Below, one piece after another: positions 13,004-24,275 of a stretch of 64,000 bases of DNA; positions within the stretch are counted from its first letter, which is position 1; each line of letters begins with the position of its first letter. The notes beneath the pieces were generated by a model, which worked only from the letters and a program-made list of their open reading frames with translations, was not told the origin of the DNA and ran no database searches. A program made the position numbers and the translations under genes. The stretch spans positions 1,612,001 through 1,676,000 of the forward strand of contig CM060732.1 of NCBI GenBank assembly GCA_030704615.1, in the 5' to 3' direction. Origin of the DNA: Takakia lepidozioides. Its lineage: Eukaryota > Plantae > Bryophyta.

Positions 13004-15282
13004 ATGAGGGAGGAATGGAGCCCTTGGTATACGACAATCCCGAACACTGTCAGTGCCACTGGTAGTGTTGAGTGCAACCTATGTGGATTAAAAAATTTTA
13101 TCGTAAGGATCGGTTGCTCGCTCACCTCGGCTATAAAGGTGTAAAGAGCGCTGGGGTGGGTTTATGCCCCAAAGCATCTATGCGGGTAAAAAGCCACTTT
13201 ACCCAGTGTGGAGGCAATATTCCAATGTCTTTGGATCTGGACATGACCTCTGAGCATAACACTTCATCTTCCCGTCAGGATGCCCCGATTAGTATCCAGG
13301 GCGACTCTTGTGAGGCTTCGGGTGTCCTTGGACAAGTGGGTTGTGCCAGAGCAACACCTGCTACAACACCTCTTTGTACCCCTACACTTCAACGGAGTAG
13401 AGGATTACAGCAGCAATCCATGCAAGAAGGTCTTAACTTGTGTGTGAAAAGACAGTTGGATAAAAAATGGGCGCAGTTTTTCTTCGAGGGCAACATCCAT
13501 TTAATGTGGCAAGGCTTCCGGCATTTGTTTTTGCCGTTAGAGCAACCTCGGAGTCCAGATCCACGTACGTGCCTCCGACTTATCACAATCTCCGCACATG
13601 ATTGCTAGAAGACGTCATGACCGAGCTTACCCAAAAGGTCAACGATAGGACGAGCGAGTGCATCAGAAAATATAGAAGCACTATATGTGCCGATGGTTGG
13701 AGTTCTGTCACAAACAGACCGTTGTTCAATGTCATGCTCGTATGTCCAGCTGGGGAACAATTCTTGGGATCGATCGACACTAGCGGCGAGAAGAAAGATG
13801 GATATTATCAATGCCAACTATTGACGGACTTCATCGAACAGGTCGGAAGTGATAGAATCGTGCAAATATGCACAGACAATGCCGCTAACATGAGAAACAC
13901 TGCAGACATGTTGTTGGCACGTTATCCTCAATGTACTATCAAGTTGTGCTGTCATATCCTTGACCTTCTTTTGGAGATGGGGGAAAGACAGAGGTGAAAA
14001 CTGATGAAACAACTTGTCAAGCGAGCGAAGACTGTTGTGTCGTTCATCCATACACACCACATTCATTTGGCAATATATAGGAGGCACGAACCCAAATGCA
14101 GCCTCCGCAAATCCTCGAATAGACTTGCATTATGCGCGGGCTTTGCTCAATCTATTCTTGCTCGACAATACCATGCTCCGAGACGACGCTGATGCCAAGG
14201 CCGGCCTCGTGCGAGTGCTCATGCGACTGGCTCCGCCGAACCATGCAGAGAGAGCTATATCCGAGTACCAATGCTTTTCAGATCGCCGCGACCCTTTTGA
14301 GGACATGCCGGATCCAAAAGAGCTCAATATGCTGCCACATGAATGGTGGGATCTGATTGGAGCTGGAGCAAGAATATTGGCTCTCATTTCTCTCTCTCCA
14401 ATATTTATTTCTCTTTGAAATGGATGAATTTCGGCGCCGAAATTCGTCTGAACCCGACACTTGAGAGAATCATCTGCCTCCGATAGTGAAGATGGATCCG
14501 ATGATGCTCCCGAAAATGCGTATGACCCGTTTACATTCACAGAGGAGGATGCTTATATCCAGCCGATCTTTGATAACCTTCTTGAAGAAGTGCGTATCGC
14601 AGATGAAGGTGAAGCTGCAATTGTGTCATCCCTAGAACATGGTCCTCAAAATGAAGTTGGGATCGACCCTCGGCCCCCACTACACGCTGAAGCCACCGGT
14701 AGTGCCTCAATGGAGCTTAGGGGTGATGTACTGCCAGGACCGATCGACGTACGCAACCCTGTTCATACAAACGATGGTGTCGAATCCATTATACAGTCGA
14801 CGGGACGGGATCATGCCTCACCGATATGACCAGCTCCACCACAATGCCAAAACCAATCCAGCTCCCCATCAACACAGCGGGCATTAAGGAGCAACAGGGT
14901 TGATCTGTTTTCCACACGCATGTATCATTCTGCTGCATTTGACCGGGCGGAAGTTGAAGCATCGGATGATGACAACCTGCCACTACAATTCCACCTTAAC
15001 CGACGTGTTGCACATCAGACCCGTGGTTCCTCACATGCCGGACTATGTAATGCCGATCCATCTCGGGCAGTCCCCCCTCCGGTACCTCCTTCGAGACCAC
15101 CTTCGATTGCGTCCCAAGTCCATAAACGACAGAGAACAGTCCAACCTTTTGTAGGCGATCGGCCCACAAACAGGCCAGATACCGTGGATGGTATTCAAGA
15201 CCGGAGCAGGAGTCGACCTCAGAGAGAACTAGGTTCGAGGTCGCTTGCAGATTCAAAGGCCTGGACATATGAGGTCGGATAG
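13004..15282 (+). pseudogene. hAT (DUF659-type) transposase, disrupted
   Basis: BED-like ECNLC...RLLAHLG...C; WAQFFFE; TICADGWS; VQICTDNAANM; CHILDLLLE; EWWDLIG; frameshifts and an internal deletion at ~14114. Confidence 0.9.
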
Positions 15283-15669
15283 GGAGGACGATTCCAGCAC
15301 TAATCATGGCAACGGTGGTGAAGTCGAGGGTGACCCGGATTTTCAACCCATCGGAGCATTAGGATTAGGATCTTCTTCGTCCCGCCGTCGAAGCAGTAGA
15401 AGGAATTGAAGCAAAATAGTTGTAGGCATGCATCAGCACTTTTTAGTGGACATGTTTATATTTCTGTACTGAAGTAATACCAATGTGATCATTGTCACTA
15501 TGAGTATTTGTATTATTGTTGTGTATGTGTTGGAAAATAAAAGATGTTGCCCATGTGTATACCAGCCAAAATGTCGGCCAAAGGCCCCGTCACTTGCTCA
15601 TGTTTGTGTTCGGTGATTTGCTTGTGGAATGGAGAAAAATTGTGCCATGCTTCCAACTGTGCATTCATT

Positions 15670-17007
15670 TTTATTTAAATGGAGCAACCGCCAAGGTGGC
15701 GGTCGCTTCTACGAGGTCTGCCCTCCGCGTGGGAGCGAGGAATGAGGAGGGGGGGGGGCATATAAGCTCCCAGTCATTATTTTGGAAATGAAGCGACCGC
15801 CAGTACTGGCGGTCGTTTTTTTGTTTTTTTTTGTTGGAAATGGAGCGACCGCCATTTATGGCGGTCGCTTATATTTTAATTGTTTTGAAAATGAAAATGG
15901 AGAGACCGCCAAGGTGGCGGTTGCTTCTACGAAGTGTGCCCCGCGCATGGAGCGAGGAGTGAGGCGGGGGGAAGGGGGGCATATAAGCTCCGGGACAATC
16001 TCCCCTCACTTCGCTTGAAGTTCTTTTTTGTTTTTATAAATGCAGCGGCCGCCATTACTGGCGGTCGTTTTTTTTTTTTTTTTGGCGATTTGGAGCGACC
16101 GCCATTTGTGGCGGTCGTTTTTTTTTTTTTAAAAAATAGAGCGACCGCCATGGTGGCGGTTGCTTCTACGAGGTCTGCTCTGCGTGAGCGAGGAATGAGG
16201 GGGGGCGGGGGCATATAAGCCCTCAATCATTCTCCCCTCACTTCCATTACTGGCAGTTTTTGTTTTTACAAAATGCAGTGACCGCCATTTCTGGCGGTTG
16301 CTGTAATGGTTATTTTTTAAGATGCAGCGACCGCCATTACAGGCGGTCGCTTTTATTTTAATTATTTTTGAAATGAAGCGACCGCCTATGTTTGCGGTCG
16401 CTTATTTATTTTAAATGTTTCTTAAATGAAGCGACCACCTATGTTGGCGGTCGCTTATTTATTTTAAATGTTTTGAAAATGAAGCGACCGCCTTTGCTGG
16501 CGGTCGCTTATTTTTTTTAAAGTTTTTTTAAATGAAGCGACCGCCTATGTTGGCGGTCGCATTTTTTGTTTTAAAGTTTTTGAAAATGAAGCAACCGCCT
16601 ATGTTGGCGGTCGCTTATTTATTTTAAAGTTTTTGAAAATGAAGCAACCACCTATGTTGGCGGTCGCTTATTTATTTTAAATGTTTCGAAAATGAACCGA
16701 CCGCCAATGCTGGCGGTCACTTATTTTTTTAATTTTTTTAAAAATGAAGCGATCGCCTATGTTGGCGGTCGCTTATTTATTTTAAATTTTTTGAAAATGA
16801 ACCGACCGCCTATGTTGGCGGTCGCTTACTTATTTTAAATGTTTTGAAAATGAAGCGACCGCCTATGCTGGCGGTCGCTTATTTGTTTTAAATGTTTTTT
16901 TAATGAAGCGACCGCATATGTTGGCGGTCGCTTATTTATTTTAAAGTTTTTGAAAATTAAGCGTTTTAATTTTTTTTTAAATGAAGCGACCGCCTATGTT
17001 GTTGGTC

Positions 17008-17042
<35 letters not shown>

Positions 17043-17215
17043 CCCGAAAAATGGAGCGACCGCCAGTTTTGCCAGTCGCTTATTTTTTTACTATCCGGAA
17101 AATCGAGCGACCGCCAAGTTGGCGGTCGCTTCTAGAAGATTCGCCCTGCACGTGGCCCGAGAAATGAAGGCGGGAGGGGATATAAGCCAAGGGAGGCTTA
17201 TTCTCCTCACTTCCT
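15670..17215 (+). repeat. Internal palindrome array (~53-bp units) with four repeated G-rich/TATAAG modules
   Basis: ATGAAGCGACCGCCTATGTTGGCGGTCGC tandem units at 16370-16930; modules at ~15680, 15900, 16140 and 17105. Confidence 0.85.
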
Positions 17216-17570
17216 CTCCACACAACTTCTGTGTGCGTGACATTTCATTATTCCACGACACGTAGTCACGTGGAGAAGGAGGCCATTGGTTGGGTGGGGG
17301 GTATTTTTTGCCGCGATTTCTGTGAGGTCGTTGCAGAATGCTCCCATAGGCCCTCATCTGGCTTCCAGGATCATTTTATTCTACAAAATTAGCTTTTAGG
17401 AACTATTTTCACACCTACTCAAACCTACTTAACGGGGGAAGGGTTTAGAGTTACGTCTTTTTAGAAAACCTCGTTTAGTGTTGCTCCGATTGTTGTAGAA
17501 TGGCAGAGGGCCAGGACGATGACCGTCATGGAAGAGATGACCCCAATGAACATGGACCGCCCCCTAAGAT

Positions 17571-18260
17571 TTGGAGTACATCCCGGACACGTTCGGAATA
17601 CAACCGGCTGCAACGTTAGAGGAACAACTAGCGGAAAGAGACCAGCGAATCAGGACCCTGCAGGACCGACTAGACTGGCAAACACTGCGCATAGCCGAAT
17701 TGGAAGCTAGATTGCAAGACATGCCTCCAAACAATGAAGGCACTGTTGTCCATAATGAGGTTCGAACAAACGTTGTGGACATAGACGCGGAGTTTGCGAT
17801 GCCCGATTGCAGTATTGACCTCATCATTCAGGAAGTTACGGACGTCCTTGACCCTGTGGCCGATAAAACCATGGTTGAGGAACAACAAATTGCGTATGAG
17901 AGAAGGAGGAAAAGAAAAGAACCAGTACTGGAAACCGGGGAATGCTCGAGGGTCGCCATTCAATCGGAGATGAACCCGATATTAGATGTCGACCGCGTTA
18001 CAAATGAGCGGGACATTGCCATGACAACTACATGGCGCTTGTCCAAAACGCTGGAGATTCAGGCATGGGTCCCATTGAATAGCGATTGGGAGAATTGGGT
18101 ACAATGGGCGACCCATTTGGCCTCCAGAGAAGCACGGGTAGAGCGGGCACTGTCAGGCTTGCAACGTGTCGCACGCATATCGAACCGTAGCGTTGATAGC
18201 ATTTATGCCAACATGCAAAGGTATAACGATCTCCGCATCGCATCAAGCATGTTCCACTAG
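17571..18260 (+). CDS. Unknown coiled-coil protein (ORF X), truncated by a CACTA insertion; likely original ATG at 17500 in another frame
   Basis: 229-aa ORF with a heptad segment and RRRKRK; diverged homolog at 45640-45970; the stop codon lies inside the CACTAG terminus. Confidence 0.6.
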   Translation: MEYIPDTFGIQPAATLEEQLAERDQRIRTLQDRLDWQTLRIAELEARLQDMPPNNEGTVVHNEVRTNVVDIDAEFAMPDCSIDLIIQEVTDVLDPVADKTMVEEQQIAYERRRKRKEPVLETGECSRVAIQSEMNPILDVDRVTNERDIAMTTTWRLSKTLEIQAWVPLNSDWENWVQWATHLASREARVERALSGLQRVARISNRSVDSIYANMQRYNDLRIASSMFH

Positions 18261-19350
18261 AAGCATTCGTGTCATTAACCACTGGGGTAACGACTCATTT
18301 TGAGTCGTAAAAGTCAAAAAATGGGATCGACTGGAAGTTACAAACGACTAGTTACAACAGACGTGGTAGTTGGGTTGGACATCCAATGATTGGAGTGGTA
18401 AAGGACACAGACGCGCGAACAACTGCTCAGCGATTAATGCGATTAATGCTGAAGAACCACGTGGCGTAACCAGGCCGGCCGCCCGTGTGTCTTTCTTTTT
18501 GGGCTGACTTTGACTTCTCCCTCCGGATGAGTGGACTGACTCACCCGGGGCGCGGTGACACATGGACACGGACGTGGATGCGGACGTGGACGCCGATGTG
18601 GCGGCACCGCGACGAGCGGCAATGCTGCCGCGTGGCCACGGGCCCAAGACGCCACATCGCAGTCGGCCACAAACTTGGAGTGCTGCATGTCACGTGGCAA
18701 CAGCGACTGACAAAGTCGACCACACAACTGCCGGCAGACGAATCCACGGGGACCACGTGGAGAGTGTGTGGGTCAACGCGTGGCGTCTTCCCCATGCAAT
18801 GGCAGTGAGGGGTACGACTGCTAGTGGAAAGACACAGAGTGCTTGTGCCCTCTCGGGACTGCTTTGGCCACTACAGTAGGAAAGCACTGCAATCGAGCAC
18901 TTGTAGTGGTTTGTGTGAGTTGTCCAAATGACCTGCATTCTAAGCTGAAAGTATGGCTCTGATGCATTCTAGTGGTTTTAGTGGTTCACCCATATGCAGG
19001 GGGAATTGAGAAGCAATGATACTGGGCGAGACTCAGAACACAGACCACAATGCATGCACAACATCACGCTAATGAACCAAATAGACGTAGTCCAGGGAGA
19101 CCAAAGACCATCACACATACACATAGAAGGTGGACGGACACGATGACAAGTCAGGGTTATGAGATATTACATTCAAATAAGAGACCGTCACGGCACACCT
19201 GCGTATGAGCAAGACAAAATGCCAACATACATGGTTGCCGGACATCACATAAACTGTCATGGCCCAAATGTTCAAAACTGGTAACGTGAGTATCATACAC
19301 ACTTCTATGAGTATCATTACACACCCAACAGGGACTACAAACATGAAATC

Positions 19351-19620
19351 TCACTTGATACTTTCACCTTTCCTCATACTCTTCTCCTGCCACAGAGTCA
19401 CCGTGCCTTTTACGTGCGCTAGTGTGGTCTGGGGGGGGGCATCGTCCACATTTGGGCAAGGCAATGTAACACTTGGAAGCATGATCTCGTGGACTTTCAC
19501 CTTGTACCACCCGGAACGAATGTCCTTGCAATGGAACTTGTCAACCCCGGCTATTCCCACCACTTCCGCCTTTGCGGCGGCTGTCTTTGACCGCTTGTCA
19601 TTGGGGTTCAGGAGAAACAC
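19351..19620 (-). CDS. CACTA TnpA C-terminal-like segment (Transposase_23/DUF8039-like)
   Basis: FHCKDIRSGWYKVKV...LPCP...TLAHVKGTVTLW pattern recognised by eye. Confidence 0.6.
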   Translation of the reverse strand: MFLLNPNDKRSKTAAAKAEVVGIAGVDKFHCKDIRSGWYKVKVHEIMLPSVTLPCPNVDDAPPQTTLAHVKGTVTLWQEKSMRKGESIK

Positions 19621-19983
19621 AGGATCTGATATCTGCAGACACCAACATCAGGGTCCACTCAGCAACAAACATAGCAATGACAGGGTGAAAGTCAAGCACA
19701 GCTGGGCATTGAAACGATCTTGGTTGCCACGATACTGAATCAACAGCAAATTTATGGTGTACCAACGTACCTTGAAGCGAGGCTCGTCGTTGAGGGTGGC
19801 AACTGAGGAAAGCTGCCCACGTGTCTTCAACTGCAGCAGCAAAAAGAGGTTTAGTCAGACGGATAAGAATAACATGAACTCTGGTGGCTGCAATGGTATA
19901 AACACACCTCCACGGAGCAAGAAACCAACCAAGTAAGTTTGCGGAGAGGGGCTGGGAACAACCATACCTTGGGCGCTGCCTCC

Positions 19984-20958
19984 TCATGCCGGGGGGCAGA
20001 TCCGGAATGTTGGCGCCGTAGCACTATGGTCCTTGGCGCAGGACCCACCTTCTTCACATTCGACCCCAGTGCCACTCCTTGTGGTCCCTACAAAACATAT
20101 AGTGCCAGCCTTGCGTGAGAGGGCATCCGGGGGGAACAAAACAAACATCTCTTTTGGCTTCGATGTCATGTTGCAAACAGTAAGGTTAGTTTCACCTGCA
20201 TGGGCGCAGAAGCACTTCCCCCAACGACCCCATCCTCTCCCACATTCAAGCTGCCAGTCGGGGTCAACTTCCGCGTGCTTGTGAAGACACACACATCCTT
20301 GGAGCAAAACAAATCTTGGCAGTAGGGCCAGACTGTTTCTAAAAGGTAGTTGAATCGGGCCCCTCACTGACATTGCTCGTGACATCAAACGACAATGGAT
20401 GGACCCATGTTCAAAAGGGGAGTTCCCCCTCCCCTTGTGTGGTGAATCATCCACTAAGAGGGTGTTGGATTCGTTAAATCCAGAAAATTGTGACCACACC
20501 CTCGACAGTCTCTTCTGTAAGTTCTGTACGGCAGGCCCTTTTGTGGGGTGTGGCTCTGTCAAGGGGTCACACTCCTCTTGTGACCACACAAAGAGGGGAG
20601 AACCCTTGACCCCCTGCATCACCACTTTCAAGATGTCTGCAACATTCCCCTTGGAAGCACAGGACCATATCCCAACGTAGAAATACCGGAAGAGAAGGTT
20701 TAAAAACTCGCAGACCTGGGGCCTTGGGAAAACATACTTGTTGGTGGTCAACACCCTTGGCCAATGACGCCTCGGGTTGGGCTGAAAGTTAGGAATAGAG
20801 TGGCACAGGATCCCGTTCAGGTCTAGAACAATTAGTTTCGACTTTTCAATGCAAGGAGCTTTTGAAGGGGTGTCACGGGGTCTCACCTCAGTGGGTTGGG
20901 AGACAACAGTCACCCCGGAGGGCAAAGTTTCGGTCCCCCTGCAGCCTGGACCGGGCAA
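19984..20958 (-). CDS. FCP1/NIF-like HAD phosphatase domain (core ~20400-20850)
   Basis: LIVLDLNGIL, RPQVCEFL, VGIWS, LFVWSQEEC, KRLSRVW, NTLLVDDSPHK. Confidence 0.85.
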   Translation of the reverse strand: MPGPGCRGTETLPSGVTVVSQPTEVRPRDTPSKAPCIEKSKLIVLDLNGILCHSIPNFQPNPRRHWPRVLTTNKYVFPRPQVCEFLNLLFRYFYVGIWSCASKGNVADILKVVMQGVKGSPLFVWSQEECDPLTEPHPTKGPAVQNLQKRLSRVWSQFSGFNESNTLLVDDSPHKGRGNSPFEHGSIHCRLMSRAMSVRGPIQLPFRNSLALLPRFVLLQGCVCLHKHAEVDPDWQLECGRGWGRWGKCFCAHAGETNLTVCNMTSKPKEMFVLFPPDALSRKAGTICFVGTTRSGTGVECEEGGSCAKDHSATAPTFRICPPA

Positions 20959-21746
20959 ACTACCACCCTCTCCCCCTACAGCTTCCCCTTTTCCCCCATC
21001 ATCAGCAATGACCCCCCATCGTCCATGTCATCCCCACCAACTTGCTGGACCTCTCCCTCTTCAACGAGTGGACCCTGCCCCCCACTGTGAATATCATCAA
21101 CAACAGGCTGGACCTCGGTCACATCCCTACCCACTACAATTACTTCCTCTTTGTCAGGTACAAGGCAGCAGGGGGGTCTTCTATAATGCCACCCGTCACA
21201 CCCCCTTTTTGCCCCATCATAAGTTCCACTATCTTCTTTAGTTGTGCTTCCATTCCCCTCTCCCGCTCCGTAGAGAGAGCCGCAAGCCTCTCCAGGGCCC
21301 CGATGCGGGCTGGCATTGAGTTCCCCGCTCCCTACGCATACAAACACCCACCCGTACTGTTAAAAACCAGAAGAAGAGGCCGAATGTGCAGGATTTCAGG
21401 CATTCGGAGATGGCTGGGTTTGGCATAACACCCCTCGTGTACCATGCATGGGGGCCCCACATACCCACCAAATCTTAGTACAACAACAGATTCATGAATG
21501 GAAACCGGACTTCAAAACAAACCTGGCTCAAAACAGACTCTGATGGGGTGCTAGTCGCAACGTTCTTTTGCTCCGCCCCGAGCTCGGACAGTGACGGGCT
21601 CCGCGCTTTGCGTCTTTTCTGTATTTGCCCATCCACACACTTTCAGTACAAAATGCCAGGAGCATATGGACAAAGCACTGCCCTGCATATCACATAACAA
21701 CTAATTCTGCACAAGGAATAAAACCCACTCGTGGGTGTCTCTTCCA

Positions 21747-22202
21747 TCACAACATGCCACAACGTAAGAGCAATGAGAAGGGGGTGTGGGAGATTACCAA
21801 ACGGGCTGCTTGGCCTGCAACTCCTGCCCGGCCCCAACGCGAGGGGTTCGTGACACAAGCACGCGCTTGCTTCATCCCTTCGGCCTTTGCAAGTCCACGA
21901 GGGGACTCCCAGTAGGCAACAAGCTTATCCCAATAGGCGGGTTCAGTGTTCATTGGCCTCACACCAGTCTTCGCCCATTTATCTTTCAGTTTTGCTCTTT
22001 CTCCTTTCATTATCTTCCCACATTGCTTGACTATAAAATCACGATTGGCAGGGATAGGTGTGTACTCGTACATTCCATTTATGCCCTCTATTACTGTTGA
22101 CATGGTACTTCGTAGCCAACATTGATGACTCCATTTCCATGCACCTCCACCTTGTGGCGCTTTAGCCCTGCAGCCACCCTTCCCTCTCCATCTCCTTCCC
22201 AT
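21747..22202 (-). CDS. Ptta/En/Spm TnpA-like exon (Transposase_24-like)
   Basis: RPMNTEPAYWDKLVAYWESP...KQAR...SRWGRAG motif; GT/AG intron-like flanks. Confidence 0.7.
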   Translation of the reverse strand: MGRRWRGKGGCRAKAPQGGGAWKWSHQCWLRSTMSTVIEGINGMYEYTPIPANRDFIVKQCGKIMKGERAKLKDKWAKTGVRPMNTEPAYWDKLVAYWESPRGLAKAEGMKQARACVTNPSRWGRAGVAGQAARLVISHTPFSLLLRCGML

Positions 22203-23099
22203 TGTTTCATGGCATGGCGTTGTTCCTTCCTCAGCTCTGATGACCGTTTCCTGCCCCCATGCTCTGGAGCAACGCCGTCATACGTTGTGGGGGGTGACTG
22301 ATGTGTGCCGGAGGGGGGAGGGCCATATGGAGATGTGGGAGGCCTCCATTGTGACGTGCCAGCATCAGGAAGCCTGCGCCACGACCCCGAAGCAGGGGGG
22401 GCTCCCCATGGTGCACTCTGTTGTGGAGACCATCCAGTAGGGGGTGGGTGCCAAGGTTGGTGTTGGTTGGCATTGTATGGTGGCTGTGAGTGCTTTGCTG
22501 CAGCTTCACTCCCCTTCCGCTGCCAAAAACATCCCACACACAAGGTGCATCAGCTGTAGTCCTACTGAATACAACGTCACCAGAGCACAAACCATCCCAC
22601 AACCACAACCATAAACAGCAGACCTCAAACCCACTCTCCTGCAGCGTAAGTGCCAAAAAATGAAAAGGAGAGGGACAAAATGTCCTCATAATATGTAAGG
22701 CCATTCATTGGTGAAGAAGCAAAATGTGGGCGGGTTCACATCAGTACCACATGAAACTTACCAGGAAACAGAACATCCATCCGGGTTTCCCACATATCTA
22801 GTGGACATCTATTCACACAATCATGTGCTGGCTGTATGTGCTTGCCCAGCAACGGAGCCCCAAAAGGCCTAAAACTCTCAATGTTGGTAAACACAGGTGC
22901 AGACACAATTCAATTGATAGCTTGGATATCCGGTGGTCTGTCTGGTGATAGCACCCCGGGCAGTGAATCAGACAATGAATATTGTGTTTGTGGAGCCCAC
23001 AGAACGGGCAATAGCACTCTCTCATCCCTCTCAGCTTCTGTTTGCTGTCCAAAGGTAGGCTTCCTCACCAAATCCACAATTTCAGTCTGGTGCACACAG

Positions 23100-24107
23100 T
23101 GGGTAGACCCTTCAGGTCATCCAGGATGTCCTCCCCCATGTCACAATCTAGAAACAGGTTCATGGATGTTTAATGCCTAACTTCTTTGTCATTACACAAT
23201 TTTGTGGCAGCACACATGGCTTTGGACACTACAGTCTCTAAGTCACATGGTTCCAGCAAGGTCAAGACTTGACGGCCCACATTCAGATCCTTGAGAGTCT
23301 CGTCTAGTCTCTTCTGGCAGGACTTGGCCTGTTTGGCTGGGCGGTCCTATTTCCAAGATATAGAGTCGATTAACTTACGATATCTGGTGTAAAGACATGT
23401 GTTGCAATAGACTCCACCATCTCACCAGCTATTCCCACCACTTCCGGTTAAGGAAGGGATGCCAAACTCACCATGAACAGCCACATTGGTTATTTTGGAG
23501 CATGCGGACATCCACTCCTTAAGCACCCCCACTTGGAAGGATACTGCAGACCTAGCCTTGTTGGAGTTATCAACGCATATAGCAAATGCGTACTCCAACG
23601 CAGGTGCAATGACGTGACAAAGCAACATTTCCTTGACCTTAGAATTAGTCCCTCTGCACACAGTGGTAGACCCTTCGGTTTTTCCACGATGTCCTCCCCC
23701 ATGTCACAGATTGAAAACATGTTCAGGGATGTTTTCTGCCTAACTTCATTTTCATTACACATTTTCTCTGGTAGCACTCACTTCCGTGGACACTACAGTC
23801 TCTAAGTTGCATTTATCCAACAGGATGAAGATGTGCGGGTCCACATTCAGATCCTTGAGAGTCAATTGTACTGTCTTCTGCTAAGACTTGGCCTGTTTGG
23901 CTCGACGGTTCTGTTTCCAAGATATAGAGTCGATTAACCTACGATCTCTGGTGTGAAGACATGTGTTGCAACAGACTCCACCATCTCACCTTCAATTAAT
24001 CTCCGCAAGAGCTTAAGGAAGGGATGCCACACCCACCCCAAACAGCCACATTGGCTGTTTTGGAGCATGCGGACATCCATTCCTTAAGCACCCCCACTTG
24101 GAAGGAT
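23100..24107. repeat. Diverged ~560-bp tandem duplication inside the CACTA element
   Basis: GGTAGACCCTTC at ~23102 and ~23664; CCAAGATATAGAGTCGATTAAC at ~23353 and ~23917. Confidence 0.8.
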
Positions 24108-24275
24108 TCTTAAGGGCGGTATCGCCCCCTGCCGCCGAGGATATTTGAAGTCAAGTACCCGGCCGCTGGGGGGGGCTTGGGCCAAGGAACGGCCATTGTT
24201 ATTAGATCTCGAGAATTACCTAGAGGTTTGAATTGTTATCATTCACCCGATGGACTGACCATTGAGGTTGCATTT
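24108..24275 (+). repeat. LTR-B fragment in opposite orientation
   Basis: Reverse complement of ~2566-2732. Confidence 0.9.

Larger units (their letters stand above)
18255..24107 (-). mobile_element. CACTA (En/Spm) element, one terminus retained
   Basis: Begins CACTAGAAGC; homology with 56230-56609 stops exactly at CACTA; minus-strand TnpA-like coding segments. Confidence 0.8.
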
